Of a DNA stretch of 64,000 nt, positions 1 to 14,081 are shown piece after piece (position 1 is the first letter of the stretch; every line of letters starts with the position of its first letter). Location of the stretch: contig NC_092674.1 of NCBI RefSeq assembly GCF_964355755.1, forward strand, positions 7,192,001 through 7,256,000, read 5' to 3'. The DNA comes from Antedon mediterranea (lineage: Eukaryota; Animalia; Echinodermata). The notes beneath the pieces were generated by a model. The model did not search any database. It saw only the letters and a list, made by a program, of their open reading frames with translations, and was not told the DNA's origin. Position numbers and translations under genes: made by a program.

Positions 1-339
1 AATAGGCTGAAAACGCTATGTTATTTCTGTTGGTTACGCTTCGTTGAACGGCATTGTTTGTGTTGTCATCGATCATGGAGTAAAGAATCATCGATCGAAG
101 ATGTCTTCCGTTTCGTGAAAAAGGCGTATGATCTACTACTATTCTTTAGAAAACGAGACGCAAACATTAGTAGTAAAGCAATAATACAATTGTTTTGATC
201 CATATTAAATACCGTTATTTGATTCTTTTTTGATAAAGTTGATAGGCCTAGGCCTAGTGTAGATTGATAACGCTTATAATATTAACTTTTTAAGACGCAC
301 AGGAGCGGATATGACGTGAATGTAGCGAAATCGTATCAT

Positions 340-495
340 CGAGCACTCTTCCGCGAGAGCAAGTGTAAACGCAATAGTAAGGGCCCGAGGCCGGCTTTTT
401 GGGTAAGTGTAAACACATTGCGGGCTAAAAAGAAAGCCGGCGTCGGGCCGACTTCGGGCCGGCTAAGAAATCGTCGATGAAGTGTAAATGGGGTC
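340..495. mobile_element. Right end of a PIF/Harbinger-like non-autonomous element
   Basis: Repeated AAGTGTAAA motifs, GC-rich GGCCGG units, terminus GTGTAAATGGGGTC followed by TAA; left end not seen. Confidence 0.45.
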
Positions 496-1450
496 TAAAT
501 CACCAGTAATACATACAATGTTACTGTATTAGAATTTGGAATGTTGTAATGTTTAGTATGCCTAGTCTAAGCTTAATAAATAATAGTACTGAGAGCAGTA
601 TTACAAGTATCTGCTTACATGCAAAAAAAAAACACACTATTTTTATCATACCCCCATATACTTTTAGAGGGTTCACAGTTTAATATGCAGTGTTCTGGTT
701 GCGGGGATATAGAATTGGAGGTAATCTGATCAAATCTTGTCAACTTAGTCAAACCTTATAATCAAACTCAAACGAGTATGCCTCGCATGAAAACACCCTG
801 TTTGTTGGATAAGTTTATTTGGCCCTCTGGCTCAACACTCTACAATCTATTTGACCAGTTTATTTATACTTGCATTATAAAACATCCTATTGGACGAGAA
901 TACTTGCCCCTGCCTTACACGAAACACCCTATTGGAGTGCACTTATACCTGGACCAGTATACCTATACTTACCTTGCTAAACACACTATTGAACCAGTAG
1001 TCTATATTTTGAATACCTTACATTGTCCGTCATGTTAAGAAATTAAAGTTGTGTTTTGGTTTGAAGTTGTGTATTTTCTCTGGATTGGAAGGAAGGTTGG
1101 TGTTTTTTTTCTTGGAATAATTAATTTATAAATTAATTTTGGTTATTTAATAACAATATTCTTGTTAAATTGAAACCACCATCTTTTCAAGCAATTAACT
1201 GCTTTATTATATTTCACAGGAAACATTAAAGGGTAGAAACAGGATCTTGGATTTGATTGGTTGGATCACCTTGACATTTGACATGTCAAGTATAAAATTT
1301 CATTTCATAAATTGTTTTGTTTATTCTGTTTATACATTTTATTACTATTGCATTCTATACATTTTATCACATATTGAAATACTTTGGTTTTGAAACAGTC
1401 CATAGATATTTTATCAAACCATGTTGAGTCTATACATCTAGTCATGGGAT

Positions 1451-1668
1451 TACAATAGAACCCCCTTTTGGGACACCCCTATTCAGGGGACATCCCATTT
1501 TTAGGAGACATTTCTATTAAAGGGACACCTGTTAATTGAGCACTTTCCTGTGAAACGAACAAAGGGCAAGGAAAATACATGTTTTGATTAACGCCTATTC
1601 GCAGGACATCCCTCTTCAGGGGACACTTTGTTGGGACCAATAGTGTCCCCTTATAGGGTTCTACTGGA
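1451..1668. mobile_element. Tc1/mariner(pogo)-type MITE with GGGGACAC sub-repeats
   Basis: Imperfect TIRs tacaatagaaccc / gggttctactgg; related fragments near 5205-5290 and 45826-45890. Confidence 0.6.
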
Positions 1669-2134
1669 TAGTAGTAAAAATATTCCAAATACTTTCGGTC
1701 TTGAGTTGGAATTTATAAATGGTTTTGCTAAGCAGTGCTTAAGTAAAAATTGAAATTTTTATTTATGACTAACTTTGAACAGAGTTAAGAAGGTTTTGAC
1801 TAATTTTCGATAAGTTTTATGCAATACAATTGTTGAATGCTGTGTTATACTTATACTTGCATTAAAATGGCATTGCAGGTAACCATTGAGTGGGTACAAT
1901 TAAGCATATACTGTACTCTTAAACTAAATGGCATTGGGCTATGTGTGAAAGATCATTGTAACATGACATTGTATTTAATCTACCCTGGCACTTTAAAGCA
2001 ATGCAAAGGCATTGTTCCATTTGTCATTGAATTGGTTTGCCAAGTATGGTTTTATGACAACTACTGTATATTGTTTGAGCATGGATCTATAATGTAGGTC
2101 TATGGTTTGATCATTGCAATTCATTTCTTTTCAG

Positions 2135-2180
2135 TTATTATCACAATGTTAGGTCCAAGACCAATATCAATATCAGCAAG
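2135..2180 (+). other. Candidate small 5' exon, possibly of ELF, containing an ATG at 2146
   Basis: Pyrimidine tract + cAG at 2133-2134, AAG/GTATCA donor at 2181; assignment is inference only. Confidence 0.3.
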
Positions 2181-3398
2181 GTATCATTTTCTCTAGACTT
2201 ACTAAAACCTGTATTGTCTGGCTATAGTGTACTGTATTATGTATTCATTTGATATATTGTGCAGGTATACTGTATATGTTATGTTATACTTACTACCAAC
2301 ATGTATTAATTACAAATACTGTACTTACCTGCAGACAGTATGCTAGTCAATTTTGCCAATAGTTAATTGTTATGAAGTTATATGCAAATAAAAACCCTGT
2401 AAAAAAATCATTCCAACATCCAAATCAAAGCATGGTGATATGCCCTTGTCACTAACTAGGGTTCGAACAAATTACAGTTGAGTCTCTGCCTTACTCAGGA
2501 TTCAGGCGCCTCTAATTTTAGTAAAATGGAAACAGGTAGGCATAAAAAAAACCAATGACTAAATTGACAAAAATTAAAGGGTCATAATTTCTCTTTACAA
2601 ATAATGTCCTAAGTACTCAGATAAGAAGGCTTGTTAACAAAATTACTAGGGTTGGATTCGAACTGATGATCTCTAGATCACCACAACCTGGAATCATAAA
2701 AACACAGGGGCTCACATGTTGACACACAGGGCTCACATGTTGAAGCCCTGGTGTGTGAGAAAGGCTTACTAGACCAATGAGCTCAAACAAACAGCTGTTG
2801 AAATTCTTGTTTACCCTTTTAAAACGACATTCTACAGATACTTTTTACTTCGACAACAAGTACCGGTACTGTAGATAAACACAGTATCCCCTTAAATAGA
2901 TCCTTTTATTTGTTTTCCATAGCGACCGGAACTGATTTGACCTTTAAAAATGTCTATAATTGTGTCTAGGCTTTTGTTATTTCACCCACCTGATGAATCA
3001 GAATAGCTAATTCAATGTGGTGATGCTTTAGTTGATGTGGAATAGATTAAAGCCAGAGCCGACAATGGTCTACTGTGTAGGTTTTAACAAATTAAACAAG
3101 TTCTGTCAAAGTCATTGTAAGCTGTGGGCTGTTAATCAACCTTTTGACATTTTGACTATTCAAAATTACTGATTGTTACTGTTAGTTACATTTGTTATGG
3201 TCGTAGAACAAATAAATCCAGCATAAAAATATTATGATTATAATTTTGTTGGTTATATATAGACCAGTTTATTTCTGATTTTTAAACAGCAGAATTCTAA
3301 TTAAGGGGACCCAAGTCTTTGTTAATAAAGATGTTCTCTGAATAGGGATGGGTAGTAGTATAAAATATATATTGACCATCAATCCTTTTGTGGAAAAA

Positions 3399-3830
3399 TG
3401 TCCCCTTAATAGAAGTGTCCCCTGAATAGGGATTTCTCAGGTATAGTGATTTCCCCTGAATAACGATGACATCGTCGATGTCCCATGAATAGGTATGTCC
3501 CCTGAATAGGTTTTTCCGCTAAATAGGGATATCCCCTAAATAGGGATGTCTCCAGAATATGGATGTCCCCTGAATAGGAGTGTCCCCTGAATAGGGATGT
3601 CACCTGAATATGTACTGTATGTCCTATGAATAGGGGTTTCCCATGAATTAGGATATCCTATGAATAGGTATGTCCCCTGAATAGGGTTGTCGCATGAATA
3701 GGGATGTCCCATAGGGGTATCCTCTGAATAGCGATGTCCCATGAATAGGGATTTCCCAAGAATGAGGAGTGTCCCCAGAATCAGGGTGTGTCCTCTGAAT
3801 CAGGTATCACCAAAGGGTGGTTCTATAACG
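3399..3830. repeat. Degenerate ~17-bp minisatellite (ATGTCCCCTGAATAGGG)n derived from the MITE sub-repeat
   Basis: Many tandem copies; unit is the reverse complement of CCCTATTCAGGGGACAT in the 1451 element. Confidence 0.8.
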
Positions 3831-4059
3831 TATTCTAGTAGCACAGCTTTGTTTTCCATTAGCAACTAGCTACTTCATTTGTGAAAACTTTTTCTCGCTA
3901 AGAAAGTAATTGACACACTGGTATTAATGTTCTACTAGGCAAGAATTGAACATTTTTTAGAACAGGGGGTGGTCTCTGCTAAGACCTAATGGAAACAAGG
4001 TCAGGTTAACATGAAATCCATACATGATGTGATGTTAGGCCAGCTGATGTTAAACAATA

Positions 4060-4995
4060 CCGTATTTTCCGGAGTATAGGTCGAGACTTTGTGGGAAAAT
4101 TTTAATTGCAAAATCGGGGGGTCGACTTATACTCCGACCATGCGATTTTTGAAAAAAATCAAGCCGAAAAAATTCGTTCAAAAGCCGTCAGCTGTCAAGG
4201 CCTAGCAAGGTCAGTGGCCTATCATCAATCACTCACAGGAGTTTTCAATTTAATAATACCTACATTGTACAAAATAATACAACTCCAACAAGTACTGGTA
4301 CAAGTACTATTAATATATAACAAAGATTAATTTTGATGTTTATATTACGCTTTTATTAAAATAATTAAGAATAAATAGTTTTCGTTTGTGTTTCATATGC
4401 TTCGTATTCACTCGCGAAAACATCGTAACACACACCACAAAACGAACTACACGATGTTGGAATGTCCATGCAGCATGTTTGTTATTGCGCGATATTTTCA
4501 TCTATACACATGCGCAGTTTGTTTGTTTGTTCGTAATTACAATTACTGCGCATGTCTATTCATAAAATAAATTCTCCTCAGTCCGGCGCGTGTACATTTA
4601 CAGATAACGCGATTTACAACTACTCGCCTGTACAATTAATAAGCCTCCTAACGAAAAACTCGTTTTAATTTATTCGAGTGACGCGAAAAAACATCGCTGA
4701 TGGCAAGTACTGTAACGCTACATCGCTGTCATTTATTATAGGCTGGCGAAGACGGCGGCGAAGCCGTTGTGATTACGTCCGTCCGATATTGATTAGGCCT
4801 ACACTTTAATAATTGTATAAACAAACAACCACATTTCATACATTTCTAGCCTTCTTTGAACTTTAAAGTAAGTTGTGTTATTAGCCGATTTTGGGGGTCG
4901 ACTTATATTCAGGTCATACCAAAATCAACGATATTCTAGGTCAAAGTTGGGGGTCGACTTATACTTGGGGTCGACCTATACTCCGGAAAATACGG
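4060..4995. mobile_element. Non-autonomous Tc1/mariner-pogo DNA transposon
   Basis: Perfect 25-bp TIR CCGTATTTTCCGGAGTATAGGTCGA, TA on both sides, subterminal GGGGTCGACTTATA repeats. Confidence 0.9.
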
Positions 4996-6260
4996 TAGTT
5001 GTCTTGTATGTTTATACTGTATGTTATTTTTTCCGTTTACTTTAATACATTACACAAATGGAAAGTAAAGATTTGAAGCATACAAATGTAGATTATTCTA
5101 AAAAGACGTTCATTATCTGGCATTAGGTTGGCATATTTTTGGTGTTTTTTGGTGTATATATATTATTTGTACTTAAACACTTTGTTTAAAACTGACTAAT
5201 GTTCCTCCTTCGGGACATCCCTATTCAGAGGATATCTCTATAATAAGGAGATCACTTTTCTGGGAAATGAATGAAGGGTGATATGTTAACTCTATTGAGG
5301 CATAATAGTATACCCCGTGAGGTGTTCAAAACGGTACTGGGTATGATCAACTAGCATTCGTGTTCCCACCTAATCATCCATTCATAGAAGTACTGATGAA
5401 TAATTCAATCTGTGGCAACAATAGAATGGACCAGAGACCTGACTATCTTCGACTTTTAAATAGAAAGTTTGACAAATTTGTTGGGATAGAAATGTATGTT
5501 GTGTTCCCTCATATTAGTTCAACTGATACTTGGTGCATGCAGCATCTGATTCCTTTTTAGCTTAAAATTTACATCATAGCAAAGCTAGTCTTGTATTACA
5601 CAAACAAATACTATTGATTATTATTAATAATGATTTTTATTAATCGATGATACATCACTTGTAATCACTTTAAATCTAAATAAATAAGATAGAATGTTCG
5701 AGTCACTTTGTGATCGCTCCAAGCAGGGAGTTGTTGCATATTGATGTTCAATGGGCATTCCAGACACAGCATGTTCCACTGTGATGGCAGCATTTGACAC
5801 CAGGTTGTATAGCATATTAGGCTTTACCTGTCGGCTCAAGCTGTGTCACCTATATGGCCTACCATGCTCTATCAAAATCTAAGGCCAGTCATTGAAATAG
5901 ATTTCAGAGGGAACAGGTGGGTTGTGGTGGTGAAAGGATGCAAAGGAACAATATACACTTTCTTGGAAATTTATGAATAGTGGATTTTTAGTGAAAGATT
6001 GTTAATATTTTTAGGCTGCTTCTCATTTTAACTATTTTAGTGTCATCTGTAATATCGCAATACTTTGTGTGCTCCAAAGAATCTTTGGTTTAGAAATAAA
6101 ATACTGTCTGGAATCAAAGGGGTGAGAAAGGGTGATTTTTTCCTCTAGTTTTTTTGTATTCAACCTATCCTGCTCCAACATGTTCAATTCACAGTGTATT
6201 TAAATATATAGATAACCTGTATTGGTTCACAACTTTAAACACTTGATTTAATTAAATATT

Positions 6261-7004
6261 CGCCGTGGCTAAAGATACGGTACCGTATTCTAACTTCTGT
6301 TTACTAAAGGTACGGTAAAATTGCATTACGTCATAACCAGCCAATACCTGGTACGTGTGTGACGTCATCGTATAAGGACTTTGGATTTTTTTCATATCGC
6401 GAAAACAGTGATCAACCGCATTTTCTTTATGCTTCATTTATCGCTATTATCGCCGTCGTGTGTGCCAAAAACTAAATGTAGCCTACGTCTGTTATTATTA
6501 TTGAAAAGCCAAAACATGTTGATTTTAATTCTAGAATACAGAAAACCGTTTCAAAAGAGGCCTACGATAGGCCTACTTACTACGTACTATAACCTCATTA
6601 TATGAGTTTGTTTGTGTAGGGAAAGCGATGCCAGGCTGGGGCCAGCTGCATGTGTGCACTGATTTCTGTGACTCAGCCCTGGGGCTACTGTCTAAATCAT
6701 AGTATTTGAGGGCCCCTTTATTGTCCGCATTTGCTTGTTGTTTATGGTCACCATTGTAAACAAAGTTTAATAAAAAATATAGGCCTAAAGGCCATTTGGA
6801 ATAAAAATAAAACCCTCATCGGCGCCGCCGACAGGAATTCTCTACATACAACAGACGCGATAATATGAAAAAAAATCCAAAGTCCTTATACGATGACGTC
6901 TTGCACGTACCAGAACCCCATTGGCTGATTATGACGTAATGCAATTTTACCGTACCTTTAGTAAACAGAAGTTAGAATACGGTACCGTATCTTTAGCCAC
7001 AGCG
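6261..7004. mobile_element. MULE/Mutator-like non-autonomous element with long TIRs
   Basis: About 140-bp near-perfect TIRs and a 9-bp TSD TTAAATATT (6252-6260, 7005-7013). Confidence 0.88.
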
Positions 7005-7435
7005 TTAAATATTATGTTTTATTTCTATTTTTTTTTTTTTAAACTTGTGTTTGAAGTAAAATATACCTAAATCACTTTCGGTATTTTAAAATCATCTGCA
7101 TGGACTATTTCTAAGCATTTACTAATGTATAGCATTACTTAACCCTATGTTGGGTTATGGTTGATGGTTATCATTGATAATTTACCCTCTTTTTTATTCA
7201 AAATACTTCACTGTGATATTATAAAACGTGTTATTTTTTTAGTAGCTGTTCAAATAAGATTTAATCACTGTTCAGAATTTCCTTATATTATCTTTGAATA
7301 GAAAACATACCCCCACATACCAATCATTATAATAACTGATTTATTTTCAACTATTTGTTCCTGGCGCTACTACCGGTACTAGGATAACTTCAAGTTTTCC
7401 TGCTTGTATTTTGAATATCTGTAATATAGTATGTA

Positions 7436-7749
7436 TTATATAACACCTATATAAATTCCTGTCATTTGATTGGACGAATGTGGGTCACATGGCGTGCAAT
7501 AGTACGCACTATTCAACGATCGTTAAATAGTACTTTTTAAAACATTTTTGTGTACGAAAAAAAAACGTCTAGATGTTATATAAAACAAATAATGAATGTT
7601 TTGTATTCGTGTAATGGTACAAATAATGGCACTTGGTGATTGATGAAAGGTTATATCAACTCGGCTTTGCCTCGTTGATATAACCTTTCATCATTCACCT
7701 CGTGCCATTATTTGTACCATTGCACTCATAAACATTCATTATTTGTATA
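7436..7749. mobile_element. Dispersed repeat ending in a ~160-bp hairpin
   Basis: Inverted repeat 7585-7746; internally deleted second copy at 23373-23576. Confidence 0.75.
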
Positions 7750-7964
7750 CAATGTAATTGTATGTTTTTTGTCTATATTATAGCTATATATACCTTTTCT
7801 GTCAACTAATCCACTGGACTAGAAATTCAGTTGTACTACTCTGTAGCCATGTATGTAATCGAGGAAAAAATTATTTTTCCTTCATGATGTTACCTGTGCT
7901 GTAAATTGGGTTTAATTGTTGAATATTACTGGGCACATTTAAAGACAATAAGTTACCATACTAA

Positions 7965-8129
7965 AGCTCTGTCTACACTACCAAACGTAATGTGACAAAA
8001 AATGTGACGTGCCCATATAAGATATATAGACATGATGATGTCATATCACGACTATATTTGGGCATATCACTACCATATTTGGGCACATTACATTTTTTGT
8101 CAAACTGGTTTGATAGTGCAGACAGAGCT
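7965..8129. mobile_element. Tourist/PIF-Harbinger-like MITE family A (AGCTCTGTCTACACTA TIR)
   Basis: TIRs and TAA TSD. Confidence 0.88.
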
Positions 8130-9989
8130 TAAGTTTGGCACTTGGGTTTATGCTAAATCATAACAAGGTACAGTATATAGGGTTCAGATTGTTCATTATT
8201 TTAGGTGAGTTTAGGTTTAAGAAAGTGACTTTAATGTCTAATTTCCAAAAGAAAATTGTGGGGATGTTCCATTTCAGGGTGTGGTTCATGGGCTGTACCA
8301 TTTACGGATAGGGATGTTCAATTCAATTAATTTTCTACTATTTGAGTTACATTAGCTCAACGAAAATAGGCTATTGTCTAGGCCTAGTCTCAAAATATTA
8401 TAATGAAACTCTTTTCAATATTTTTTTAGTCCCTGGATAAAAAAGTACATTTTTTATTATATATATTGTTATACTGTACAAAGTATAAAATGTCATTGAA
8501 AGAAGTTCCACATCATTTAACAACTACTATATAGTTCACAATGTGTACTTTATATTATTGGGGCCTACACTATTGAAAATTTAGGGGTAAATTGTTCATA
8601 GGTTTGATAATGTACCATCATTCAAAATTAATTATTATTGAAGAATTTGTTGTAGAAATATTTTGTGAATAACAATTTAATCTATTCAGGCCTATGTGTA
8701 TTGCCAGTTCTTGGCAAGATGGTGTTTGATGATAACATGCAGAATAAATAGCAATTATTAAAGGAGTATACCTACGTATTTCACACATAGGAATTAAATT
8801 ATAATACAGCATCCTTCAAATAGATATTTAGCTGTTGGTCCTATTTGCTCTAATGATTTCTTTAGTTACCGGCACTAAACACCAATTCATTCCTGGCTTT
8901 TGTCCGATATCTATTCTATATAATTATCCTAAATATGAAATAACATTGAAAGTTGTAATAATTGACTTTATTATATTATAGTGTGAATGCCCTTTAATAA
9001 AGCTGGCTGTATACAATAAGCTTAGTTGTACTAGGTCCTTGGTGTATTCAGGATGTACATAGGAAGGAAATAACTGTACTTGGATGTTTGCAGGTTTGGT
9101 AATGTTGATCTCTAACTTACCTGGCTCGCCCACAATCCTTTCCTGTTGCCAGGTAGAAGCTAGCCATTTCTCATAGTAATTCCCATCGGATAGCATCTCT
9201 GTACTATTTGTAAAGGTAGGTGCCAATATTAATAATTAAAATGTACTATATGGCTCATATATCTATCCAATAGAGATCTATACAATAGGAAAAACTTGGA
9301 CAACAAACTGATAAAATACTAGATTAAAATACTCAATAAAAAAAAAAAAGTTGTTTGTGTACATATAGGGGAAAATTGCAAAAATCAACTTTGGTCATTA
9401 AAAGAATAAGGTTTACAGAGGAATTTGGAGTTGTCAACACAATAGGGGTATATACAATCTTAAAGTAATGGTACATTGGGACCATCTGTTCCTAACAGTC
9501 CTGAATCCTTTTATACTTTTTCTATTCTGTCAAATTGTTATTTGATAAAGGTAATATTAGTCATTGTTAATCTAATCAGTTAAAATTAAAACTCAAGGTA
9601 ACGTTTCATCAGATATTGGTGTTAAATTGTAAAATGCAGTAGTGACATAATACATTATTTCATTCTGAGTTTCGTTTCAAAGACCTTTAACATGGATACT
9701 GAAAATTTGTTGTAAATGAAAGAAAATTAATTGATCAAGCATAAATTATTATTGGAAAGTGAAATTGAAAGATACTTCATAAAAAATCTAGTTTCAAAGT
9801 GATTATCTTGATGGAAAATTAAAAAAATTAAAACTATAATATTCTAGTGTGGTCAATACTTTGGAAGGTTGTATTCATTTTTTAATAATACATTTTTCAA
9901 ATGATACTGCTTCCTAATTTTTACCATATATTTAGAAAACCAAACCAGTCTATTTCGTGCCTAGCTTACCTGGATAAACCAACAATAGA

Positions 9990-10117
9990 TTGACAAAGAA
10001 AGTGTGATGTGCCCAAATATGGTAGTTATATGCCCAAATATAGTAGTGATATGACATCATCGTATCCATATATAGGCACATCACAATTTAAACAAGTTTG
10101 ATAGTATAGACAGAGCT
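9990..10117. mobile_element. MITE family A, partial copy
   Basis: Shared core GTGATGTGCCCAAATATGGTAGT and right TIR. Confidence 0.8.
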
Positions 10118-12272
10118 TAAGAATGCCTGGTTTTAGTTACAGTTATTGTTTCCATGATAAAACAAACATTTAAATGACTAGAAATAACATTTGATGATAG
10201 GCGGTCCCCTTTTCTAAGTTCCAGAATTGAAAACTACTAACGAAATCCAAATGAATGTGTGTCAATGATCCCAGATAACACGCATATGTAGTGTTATTTT
10301 GGAGTTGATAAAATTAGGTTTTATGGTTTCGAAGAAAGTGCTTTTAAACTTAGGACCCTGGGAAATAAAGGCTTCGTAATCCCTGATCTATATCCATATT
10401 CTATCAACAAATTCATAAAGGAAACATGTATTTACTTTGTAATTTATCTTTTCAAAAGAAATAATACAAAATATGTATATAGCTATAAAGTTGATTTTAA
10501 GATTGTTTATACAGTTATACAATTTTGTAAAATTTATTATCAATTTTGAAGATTTGTATTGATGTACTCCAATTATTCAATCATTTTAATTATTAATAAT
10601 AATAAATAATTAATTATATTATTATTTATTACATATTAAATACAAACTGAAAGAAATTTATACATATTTATTTTGAAAATATTTCATGAGATTTTACCAT
10701 TCACCTGAAACTTAATAATAATAGACCCATGAACAATGTTTTTGTATATTTTATTTACTAATTATTTCAATTTAATTTTATTCAATTGAATAAAGATTAA
10801 ATCTAGTGGCCAACGTCTTCGTTTGACTTTTTTATTTGGAATTCCAACAATTTAGGATTATACGTTTTAGAAATTCTGTTGATAAAAATAGAAAAAAATA
10901 TAAATACTTTTAAAGGTAATGAATATAACTAATTGTAAACTAAGTGAGTTTGCAGTTTTACTTAAATACTTATTAATGGTAGAATAATATTATTATTGTC
11001 ATCCATAAACTCCTGTAACATGTAGTCGTCCAATAGTATTAAAGGAGGAAGCAATTGACCAGGCCTACATCCCGTTGCCATAATACAGCCATTGTGAGCC
11101 AACGATGCCAGGAAAGTTGGATTGTTCCTGTTCTAAGAGTGGTTATCGTTTTCACAGGTCTCTAAACGCTGCTGTAACATCCTTTAGGGTGATATGGTTG
11201 AAAATTATGACAATGCACTACCAGTTTGCTAATTTTGATTATACTCTGTCAAATTGGTTAAATTTATTTATGTAGTGGACCCCCCGAAAAAAAGCAATAA
11301 AAACCAATATAAGTTCCCTTCAATTTGTTTGAATTGATCCAAAGAAATGTGAAATGCTGATTAATAATGGAAAACAAATTTAAATAGTCAGTACAATGTA
11401 TTCCCTTCAATATAAAGCAAGTTCAGTTGGGGAGAGAGATTGCGGGATGGGGGGTTGTGGAAGGGATGTTGCTTGTGGTTTAGAGGAGTTCCAAGCAAGG
11501 TGTGGGGAGCTGGCATTGCAAGGAAAAAAAAGCAATATTAAAATTTGATTAAAAGTTAGTATACTGTAGGTATAATAACAATACAGGTACTCTTTAGTTT
11601 ATGAACTAATTTAAACTCATGACCTATCACAAGAGGGAGGTATTAAATTGGACTGTTCCATTATTTACCTTGTCAGACAATAACCTGGTGAGTGTGCCAA
11701 GGCATATCCTGGTACATTGTACCAAGAGTTGAGAGTGTAAACAATCAAACTATTTTATGTAACGATTCTACCATATCTGTGCAACTGTTGTAAAGGAAAA
11801 TACAAGGGATTACTGTACTGTAGCGGAGATTAGGGAGAATATTATCCATACGGTATGTGGGATATATTTTGTACTATGGTTAATACAGGAATTTGGAGAG
11901 TCAAATCAGTTATGTACTGTCAGTCAGTGTCAGTATTTTATTTTTTGCATTGAATATGAAGAAAAATACCATGGTGTATTATTTTGAAAACTTTAGTGAA
12001 GTGTTGAGGCAATCAAATAAATTGACTTTAAAAATAATACATTAGGTGTATATAGAGCTATACGGTATGTGTTGGTATTATATGTTTTTTACTTTTATCT
12101 ATAAAATATGAAGTGATTATTTTCTTGGGGTTTGAAGGTGGGTGAGGGAAAAGGCGGAGGCTTATATAGATGGCAATTATTAGTTAGTTAGAACTTGGAA
12201 CCTACAGAGTTAGCCCATAGAGAATATATCGATGGTTAGCCTAAGTAAATTCTTGTTTTAAATGTTAATATT

Positions 12273-12766
12273 AGAGAGGTTTCGCAATCTTACGAATACG
12301 AAAACGTCACGCACACGTATTCGTTTTCGTAAGCCATAAAAAAATCTGTTTCGCATGGCAACGAAATATTGAGGCGCGTCCAAAATATGACTGCGGTAAA
12401 TTTGAGCGAAGCGCGCAGGTACGTGTTGCTTGGTGCTTGGCTGCCTAGGCCTAGCGTAACATCAAAGCGAGTGAGGACTTTAAAAACTGCTATTTATCAA
12501 AATTGACGTGGCATTTTAGTAAATTACTTTAGTAAATACTTTCAATAAATCTAGTATATTATAATCATGAATAATTCCTGATTCAAATGCAAAATGTGCA
12601 AAATAGATCAAAAACTATACTCGTTTTGTAGTTACGAATATGACTGGTGATATTCTTCAACACGAATACGCTTTACGAATATGAAATAGGGATGAGCTCA
12701 AAAGTTTCACAAATGTGTGACGTATTCGTTTTCGTTATCGTATTCGTAAGATTGCGAAACCTCCCT
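12273..12766. mobile_element. MITE with AGAGAGGTTTCGCAATCTTACGAATACG TIRs
   Basis: About 29-bp TIR with one mismatch; internal TACGAATA repeats. Confidence 0.85.
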
Positions 12767-13589
12767 ATTATAATCTTGGTTTTCTTTATAGGGCTAGTAT
12801 AAATTTTCAGGTTTTTCCTGCAATGTTTTCTATGACTCTAATTGCTTCTAAATAGATGAATAATTATTACTCATATTGTACCTACATTGTTGACAATTAC
12901 TATTCTGAGTGTACAAATTTGTACAATATGAAGAGTCATTGTAATCCATATATTGTATTGTGTAGTTGTTGAATGTATCATATTAATGAGACTAAAACTG
13001 CGTATGAATACTATACAGTTTAAAACAGATATGTTTATTTGTATTAATGAATATAACATTTTAGATCAATATATTCATATGCTATATGCAGTACCACCTG
13101 CTATTCAAACATAGACAAAACATTCAGATAGTTGAGTATAGCTTTATAAGTATTTATAATTTAATAAATCCTATAAAATCCTTGAAATATGCAAATTAAA
13201 TTTGGGTAGGGTACTTAAAAGTGAATCATAACAACTGGATTTATGTCACTTTCCTCTGATCATGTGACTTTAATTGTCAAAGGTCGAGAAGAATCTTGAT
13301 TAGTTCAAATTAACTTATCTGATTAAATTATGTTGAGTTTTTAACTGTTTTCGAGCCTGTTGAGCAACGTATATAATCTAGTAATATTTAGGCTCTCTCT
13401 AGGCTAACTTTATCTTCATTTTATCAACAATCGGTACATTATTTGTTGTTAGTTTATTGGCTTTTGAGTACACCCCTGTTGGAGTGCAAATCATAAGGGT
13501 ACGTTGTTTGGTCGTTTGTGTGGGTTTTTCTCAACACAGTATGCTGATAACAATCAAGATTACATTAGTTAGTTTGTATAAGGACTTTA

Positions 13590-13726
13590 TGCGACAACAA
13601 AATGTGGTACGCATATATGGACATGATGATGTCACATAACTACTATATTTGTGCATATCACTACCATATTTGGGCATATCACACTTTTTTCAAACTTTTT
13701 GTTTGTTTGATAGTGTAGACAGAGCT
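13590..13726. mobile_element. MITE family A, partial copy
   Basis: Core and right TIR GATAGTGTAGACAGAGCT followed by TAA. Confidence 0.8.
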
Positions 13727-14081
13727 TAAAGTTATGTATAGTTTTTCTTCTGCTGGAAAGCATTTGGGCATACTAGGCTACAGTATGTCATTGGGACTTC
13801 AATATAGTACCCTATTTCTATTTTATAAACAGAGTTTTGCATAACTTTTACAATAATACTAGACATGTAACTCGTCACTTTGACGAGTTTGGTTATCCGC
13901 CGCGCAAGTGGTGCAACATTAACATTAAGGGGATAGGTTGAGGACAAAAGGAAGTGTTCACGTTGGCATTATGACCTGAACTGAAGAATATGATATGTTG
14001 TTATTGCTGAATTTTATTATTTAAATTCATATATAGTATACACAGTATAATCTGTATCCATATCACATACAGTGACATACA

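Noticed and set aside
778-1038. ORF with repeated KHPIG
   Set aside because: Reflects a degenerate short DNA repeat; no splice or homology support.
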